Shown here: in pieces, positions 59,741-64,000 of the stretch
Layout: each line of letters begins with the position of its first letter
Position numbering within the stretch: position 1 is the first letter of the stretch
Assembly (NCBI GenBank): GCA_018882585.1
Contig: VFFB01000003.1
Location: forward strand, 10,359-74,358
Direction: 5' to 3'
DNA length: 64,000 nucleotides
Origin: Candidatus Kapaibacterium sp.
Lineage (GTDB): Bacteria; Bacteroidota; Ignavibacteria; Kapaibacteriales; Kapaibacteriaceae
Position numbers and translations under genes: made by a program
Notes under the pieces: generated by a model
Database searches by the model: none
Seen by the model: the letters and a program-made list of their open reading frames with translations, nothing else
Told to the model about the DNA's origin: nothing

Positions 59741-61552
59741 TCATAGGTCAGGTAGCGGCGCCGACATGAGTTCACCCTTGTCGGACACAACATAGATGGT
59801 CTTGCCGATCATGGTAACGTACGTGGCGAAAGTCGCTGGGGCAATGTCGATTGGTTTCCACGTGTTACCAGCATCCCTCGATAACAGCACGGCCCCCTTC
59901 GTCCCAAGAACAATTGTCGATCCCTTGATGACGGCGTTGCCAAAACGGTGCTGTGTCTCGGCAGAGAATGGTGTGATGATCCTTACCCATGGACCTTTGG
60001 ACCCTCGCTTCACGTACGAGGCGTTTGCCGTACCAAGCAGTTGAAGGTTCCCTTTAGACGCCGTCCAGCGCAGGATGGATGAGTCTTTCTCGATCATGAA
60101 TCGGCGCCAGGATGCTCCCCGATCAGTGCTTATCCAACTTCGATCGCGTGACGACGCGATGATCGACGTACCGAGTGCGTCCATCCGATCAATGTAGACC
60201 GTACTGTCGGGATAACGCCGCTGCTGCCAGCGGCGGCCTCCATCGACCGACATCCACAGACCAACCCGTCCGACGGACACGAAGAGCGTGCGATCAAGGA
60301 CCACCGACGCATAGCCCTCGCCGATGGGCAGGTCAGACGTCAGCTTGTGTACGGATGTGCCACACGCATCAATGCCAAAGACGCCCAACGTACGTGATGT
60401 CGCAACGTGACCCTTGGGCAACTGATGTATGGTTGCTACAGCCGAACCCTTGATACCCTGAAAGCGCTGTTCGGCGCGGCGCAGCGATGTGTCAAGCACA
60501 TGCAACCCGTTCCTGCTCATACATACGGCAACGGTACCGTCGTGTTCAACGATCCTGCCAACCATAATGTCGGTGTTCTTCGACGTCGAAAGCGAGACGC
60601 TTTGCCAGGTTGGAACATCAAGACGCATGGTATACAATCCGCCACCACCTCGGTCGATGCCTGCAAGTACGGAGATGCCGTTCGTGTACACAGACCCGAT
60701 CCGGTCCTCGGCCGTACCAGGTACAGGTAGCTCGTCGATAGAACCGGTTGCAAGATCCACGCCGATGATACGGCGCGACTTACCAGCAAGAATGGCCTTA
60801 CCAGCCGCGACCGATATGGCAGTCCACTTGTCTGCCGGCAGAATGGTCAACGTGGTAGGCTTCCGACCGGGCTGAGGAGGTACCTCGTACAGGACGGTAT
60901 CAATGGCTGCAAGAATTCTACCTCGGTGTACCGTCACCAGGGCACGTTGGGATGTCGCGAACACTGAAAGCATGGACCAGTGCATCGACTTGTCCAACAG
61001 CAGAACACGACCACTGTCGGCCACGGCAACAACGCTTGGTCCATGGGCCACGATGTCGCGCACGGGCGGCAGCGTGTCGGGGATGATCACCGGCTTCCAT
61101 GCGCCATTGCTACCGTTGCGACGATACATGGCACCACCGGAGATCAGGGCGTAATCGTGAACACCGGTCGTGATAATGCGCAGCACATGCTGCTCACGGT
61201 TTGGCAATGGGTGGGACGACCACCGCAGACCATCGTCCGTTGACCTGAACACCCCACCCGTAGACGTCGCAACGTCCACGATCGATCCGCGATACAGCAC
61301 GTCGGTGACTGAGCGGTGACGAAGTCCCTCCAGAACCGGTACCACACTATCGTTGCGGACCGTATACACGTCCACGCCTGTTGCAAGCAGCAATCCGTCG
61401 CGACACGCTTCGATGCCTTTCACCTGCTCGCGCGATGGCAAGGGCAGGCGTTTCCACGTGGGTTTAAGCGTGTCGGCTGCAACAGCTGCCCCGGTAAGCA
61501 GATATGCAACCAAGGCTGATACGGCAAACCTGCGTATCATGCGATTCCTCAT
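59741..61552 (-). CDS. Secreted BNR/Asp-box beta-propeller protein (Ycf48/sialidase-like fold)
   Basis: Signal peptide. Repeated S-x-D-x-G-x-x-W Asp-boxes (STDDGLRWS, SVDGGRRWQ, STDRGASWR, SRDAGNTWK). No CTD. Confidence 0.6.
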   Translation of the reverse strand: MRNRMIRRFAVSALVAYLLTGAAVAADTLKPTWKRLPLPSREQVKGIEACRDGLLLATGVDVYTVRNDSVVPVLEGLRHRSVTDVLYRGSIVDVATSTGGVFRSTDDGLRWSSHPLPNREQHVLRIITTGVHDYALISGGAMYRRNGSNGAWKPVIIPDTLPPVRDIVAHGPSVVAVADSGRVLLLDKSMHWSMLSVFATSQRALVTVHRGRILAAIDTVLYEVPPQPGRKPTTLTILPADKWTAISVAAGKAILAGKSRRIIGVDLATGSIDELPVPGTAEDRIGSVYTNGISVLAGIDRGGGGLYTMRLDVPTWQSVSLSTSKNTDIMVGRIVEHDGTVAVCMSRNGLHVLDTSLRRAEQRFQGIKGSAVATIHQLPKGHVATSRTLGVFGIDACGTSVHKLTSDLPIGEGYASVVLDRTLFVSVGRVGLWMSVDGGRRWQQRRYPDSTVYIDRMDALGTSIIASSRDRSWISTDRGASWRRFMIEKDSSILRWTASKGNLQLLGTANASYVKRGSKGPWVRIITPFSAETQHRFGNAVIKGSTIVLGTKGAVLLSRDAGNTWKPIDIAPATFATYVTMIGKTIYVVSDKGELMSAPLPDL

Positions 61553-61572
61553 TATCCGTAGTTGTCATCTGC

Positions 61573-64000
61573 ATGATACGCAGTACCACAGGAATAGCGA
61601 TACTCCTCTGCCTACTTGGTCTATCCGCACAACATGCAGTTGGGCAGGATGGCACCGAGACGAGGATCTATGATGTTGTTGTGAGGGGGAATGCTACACC
61701 AGGTTACTACCTGATGGCCCCCACGCTGAACACGAATGTGAATCTGGTGGACCACGGAGGATGGCTGGTGTATCGCATTCCTGCGACCTCTGCAATCAAC
61801 CTGCAACGCCATGCCGACGGAACATTCACGTACTTTGTGCCACGCGTCGGACATATCCGCATGGATTCGACGTTTTCAACACCCATCGATACGATCAACT
61901 CCGTTGCCGGCAGCACCGACTTTCACGAACTTCGCATCCTCCGTAACGGTAACTACCTTGTGCTGGGCGCAAAACCACGAACCGTAGACATGTCTGCCAT
62001 CGTGGAAGGGGGCAAGGTTGGTGCCCTTGTCGGTGATGCACTCCTCGAGGAGCAACGACCCGACGGGACCGTGGTTTGGTCGTGGAATTCGAAGGATCAC
62101 ACGAGCATCCTTGATGCTACCATCGACATTGAGCTCAAGGGCGGTACCGTGGATTACATTCACGTCAATAGTATCGTAGAGGACAACGATGGAAACCTGC
62201 TGATCTCGGCCAGGCACTTCGACGAAGTCATCAAACTCGATCGTTCGTCCGGCGCTATCAAGTGGCGCCTTGGGGGTAAGTCTTCAAAGCACAACCAGTT
62301 TCGCTGGTTGAACGACACGGTGAATGGCTATTGGGGGTTCTCGCACCAGCACTCCATCTCAAGGTTACCCTCCGGAGGCCTGTTGCTGTTCGACAACGGC
62401 AACCTCAAGTCGCCAGAGTATTCACGGGCCGTTGAGTATGAGATTGACGAGGTCAACAAGACCATACGCCGGGTGTGGCAGTACCGTCCAACCAAAGACA
62501 TCGCCGTGCGCAGCATGGGCTCTGTTGAACGCTTGTCGAACAAAGGAACCCTTATCGGTTGGGGCAGGAACTTCGACAGGGTGATCCTTACCGAACTCGA
62601 CAGCAACGACAACGTTGTGTATGAGTTGAAGAATACCGAGACAACGAATACGGCGGCATTCCGTGCGTCCAAGTATCCTGTAAAGATGTTGGCCGAACAA
62701 TTCCGTATGACGGCCCCCGGGGTCTCGCACACGTTTCGTGCAAACGATGTACCCATCGGTGTTTCCGTTACGTCGCACCGGATTGTTGACGCTAGGTCCA
62801 TCACTGTCGAGCGACATAGGTACGCTCCGCTGGGCGCTACCTTCGAAGCTGACACACCTACGATTGTCGATCCGGTACGTTGGACCATACGGCATGACCT
62901 GGGGAGCACCGATTCCGCGACAATGCGAATCGATCTGCGTAGCGTTCCCGAGATACGCGATGCCGGCCGGGCTGTGCTATGGCATCGACCGCTTGATGGA
63001 AGCGGCGTGCTGAAGCGAGTGAAGTCCGCCATCGATACCACGACCGATATTCACACACTCTCGTTTATCCCCGACGGTGAAATTGGTGTCGGATATGACG
63101 TCTCCACCAAACCCTTACCCCTGCGTCCGCTCAACGGTCAGGCGACGCAAGATCAACCTGCATTACTTGTATGGACGGCTGCGTTTCGTGCAACTGGGTA
63201 TGATCTCCAGGTGGCGACCGACTCAACGTTTGCTACGCCGTTGGTCAATCTTCGAACAACTGCCAACAGACGCGCAGCAATCGACTCCGTGTTCGTCAAT
63301 GGTCTGCAGCCCGCCAGGGTCTATCATTGGCGCGTACGTGCTGCAGGTTCCGGCGTAGACTCGGGCTGGTCCGCCATAGCCAGCTTCAGAACATCACTCG
63401 ATAGACCGACGATCGTTGAACCTAGTGCCGGCCGAACAGTTCCTGCCGAGCGACTGCGCGTCGTGTGGACATCCGTAGCCGAGGCTGCAGCGTATCATCT
63501 TCAGATTCGAGATACCGTTGGTGGCACGATCATGGACGTGACGACCTCCGACACGTCGGTCGTGGTCACCACCGACATCGAAGACATCATCGCCGAAATC
63601 GAAGTATCGGCCATGCGGGGCGACCTTCGAAGCTACCGTCCCACGCGTATACGGGCGTCGATCCTGCCACGGGTTCCGCAGTTCTGTCGACCCTTCTCGG
63701 GTACCGGCGACGTAGCGCCAGACTCCGTGGTGCTTGCATGGGTAATGGGCAAGGAAATACGCTCGCATGTTCAGCTGTTGACGTATGATGCCAGCCAGCC
63801 TATCATCGACGATACGGTTACGACCGACCAGCAGTCAACGCCGTCGCTCGACCCCTGCAGGCTCTATCGTTGGCGTGTGCGAAGCATCGGCAGGCAGGGA
63901 TCCAGCGAGTGGACGTCCTTCCTTTGGTTTGCCACACGTGGAGAATCCGGAGCGGAACCGGTAGACCTTCTTACACCTGTCGATGGTGCCACCGTCGATG
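61573..64000 (+). CDS. Arylsulfotransferase (ASST)-like beta-propeller + FN3 protein (paralog 2; 3' end beyond window)
   Basis: This ORF is not in the supplied track because it is open to the window end. It was translated by hand from the ATG at 61573 (MIRSTTGIAILLCLLGLSAQ...) and no stop was seen to 63999. It contains IHVNSIVEDNDGNLLISARHFDEVIKLDRSSGAIKWRLGG and FSHQHS (paralogous to 56526-59717), then FN3-like modules (YHWRVRAAG, YRWRVRSIG). Confidence 0.65.
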   Translation, partial: MIRSTTGIAILLCLLGLSAQHAVGQDGTETRIYDVVVRGNATPGYYLMAPTLNTNVNLVDHGGWLVYRIPATSAINLQRHADGTFTYFVPRVGHIRMDSTFSTPIDTINSVAGSTDFHELRILRNGNYLVLGAKPRTVDMSAIVEGGKVGALVGDALLEEQRPDGTVVWSWNSKDHTSILDATIDIELKGGTVDYIHVNSIVEDNDGNLLISARHFDEVIKLDRSSGAIKWRLGGKSSKHNQFRWLNDTVNGYWGFSHQHSISRLPSGGLLLFDNGNLKSPEYSRAVEYEIDEVNKTIRRVWQYRPTKDIAVRSMGSVERLSNKGTLIGWGRNFDRVILTELDSNDNVVYELKNTETTNTAAFRASKYPVKMLAEQFRMTAPGVSHTFRANDVPIGVSVTSHRIVDARSITVERHRYAPLGATFEADTPTIVDPVRWTIRHDLGSTDSATMRIDLRSVPEIRDAGRAVLWHRPLDGSGVLKRVKSAIDTTTDIHTLSFIPDGEIGVGYDVSTKPLPLRPLNGQATQDQPALLVWTAAFRATGYDLQVATDSTFATPLVNLRTTANRRAAIDSVFVNGLQPARVYHWRVRAAGSGVDSGWSAIASFRTSLDRPTIVEPSAGRTVPAERLRVVWTSVAEAAAYHLQIRDTVGGTIMDVTTSDTSVVVTTDIEDIIAEIEVSAMRGDLRSYRPTRIRASILPRVPQFCRPFSGTGDVAPDSVVLAWVMGKEIRSHVQLLTYDASQPIIDDTVTTDQQSTPSLDPCRLYRWRVRSIGRQGSSEWTSFLWFATRGESGAEPVDLLTPVDGATVD

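Noticed and set aside
61540-61575. Possible conserved MIR-starting N-termini of the divergent BNR propeller and ASST-2 genes as a shared regulatory element
   Set aside because: The similarity (MRNRMIRR vs MIRST) is too short to mean anything. The tight spacing is more simply explained by start-codon uncertainty.
1-64000. CRISPR arrays, insertion sequences, integrases or prophage
   Set aside because: No regularly spaced short direct repeats, no transposase/integrase/recombinase-like ORFs, and no terminal inverted repeats were seen. The only large repeat is the tandem gene duplication at 39.75-45.1 kb.

Overview
This 64 kb window is a GC-rich (~62%) piece of bacterial chromosome. Many encoded proteins end in type-A T9SS (Por) C-terminal sorting domains, and there are SprB-type Ig-like repeats, delta-60 repeats and a Sec-type (clade II) NosZ. 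Together these point to a Bacteroidota/Rhodothermota-like organism. No CRISPR array, transposase or integrase was seen.

Layout:
(i) 60-8886, minus strand: a clade II nitrous-oxide reductase cluster reading Rrf2(NsrR-like)-RIC-cyt c-nosZ-nosB-nosL-[Met/His-rich lipoprotein]-[TonB-dependent receptor]-nosD. The two bracketed genes, wedged between nosL and nosD, look like a copper-acquisition module.
(ii) 9.1-17 kb: an S8 protease, T9SS cargo genes, a Rieske protein, an AEC transporter, tRNA-Phe with terminator, and rlmN.
(iii) 18.3-19.5 kb: a DUF4143 AAA ATPase pseudogene.
(iv) 20.9-22.3 kb: an ECF sigma/anti-sigma pair.
(v) 22.4-35.3 kb: a surface-protein island. A repetitive ~890-aa protein with no CTD is flanked by two mirror-image pairs, each a T9SS cargo gene followed by an OmpA-like two-domain gene.
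(vi) 35.4-39.7 kb: a hybrid histidine kinase divergent from an OmpR-type regulator, then an XRE-HTH/hypothetical gene pair.
(vii) 39.75-45.1 kb: a tandem ~2.7 kb duplication of delta-60-repeat T9SS proteins whose 3' ends and downstream non-coding DNA are nearly identical.
(viii) 45.2-56.2 kb: housekeeping genes (alkB-like, FkbM MTase, RmlD-like, comM, an HBD-containing RNase H1, dut, rpiB, PIG-L deacetylase, cyt c), a truncated dcw fragment (rsmH-murF-mraY) and a P-loop ATPase.
(ix) 56.5-64 kb: two paralogous arylsulfotransferase-like beta-propeller + FN3 T9SS proteins on either side of a BNR/Asp-box propeller gene.

The most promising candidate for something new is the nos cluster's embedded TonB-receptor/Met-His lipoprotein module with its NsrR/RIC context. 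The ASST-FN3 paralog locus comes second.
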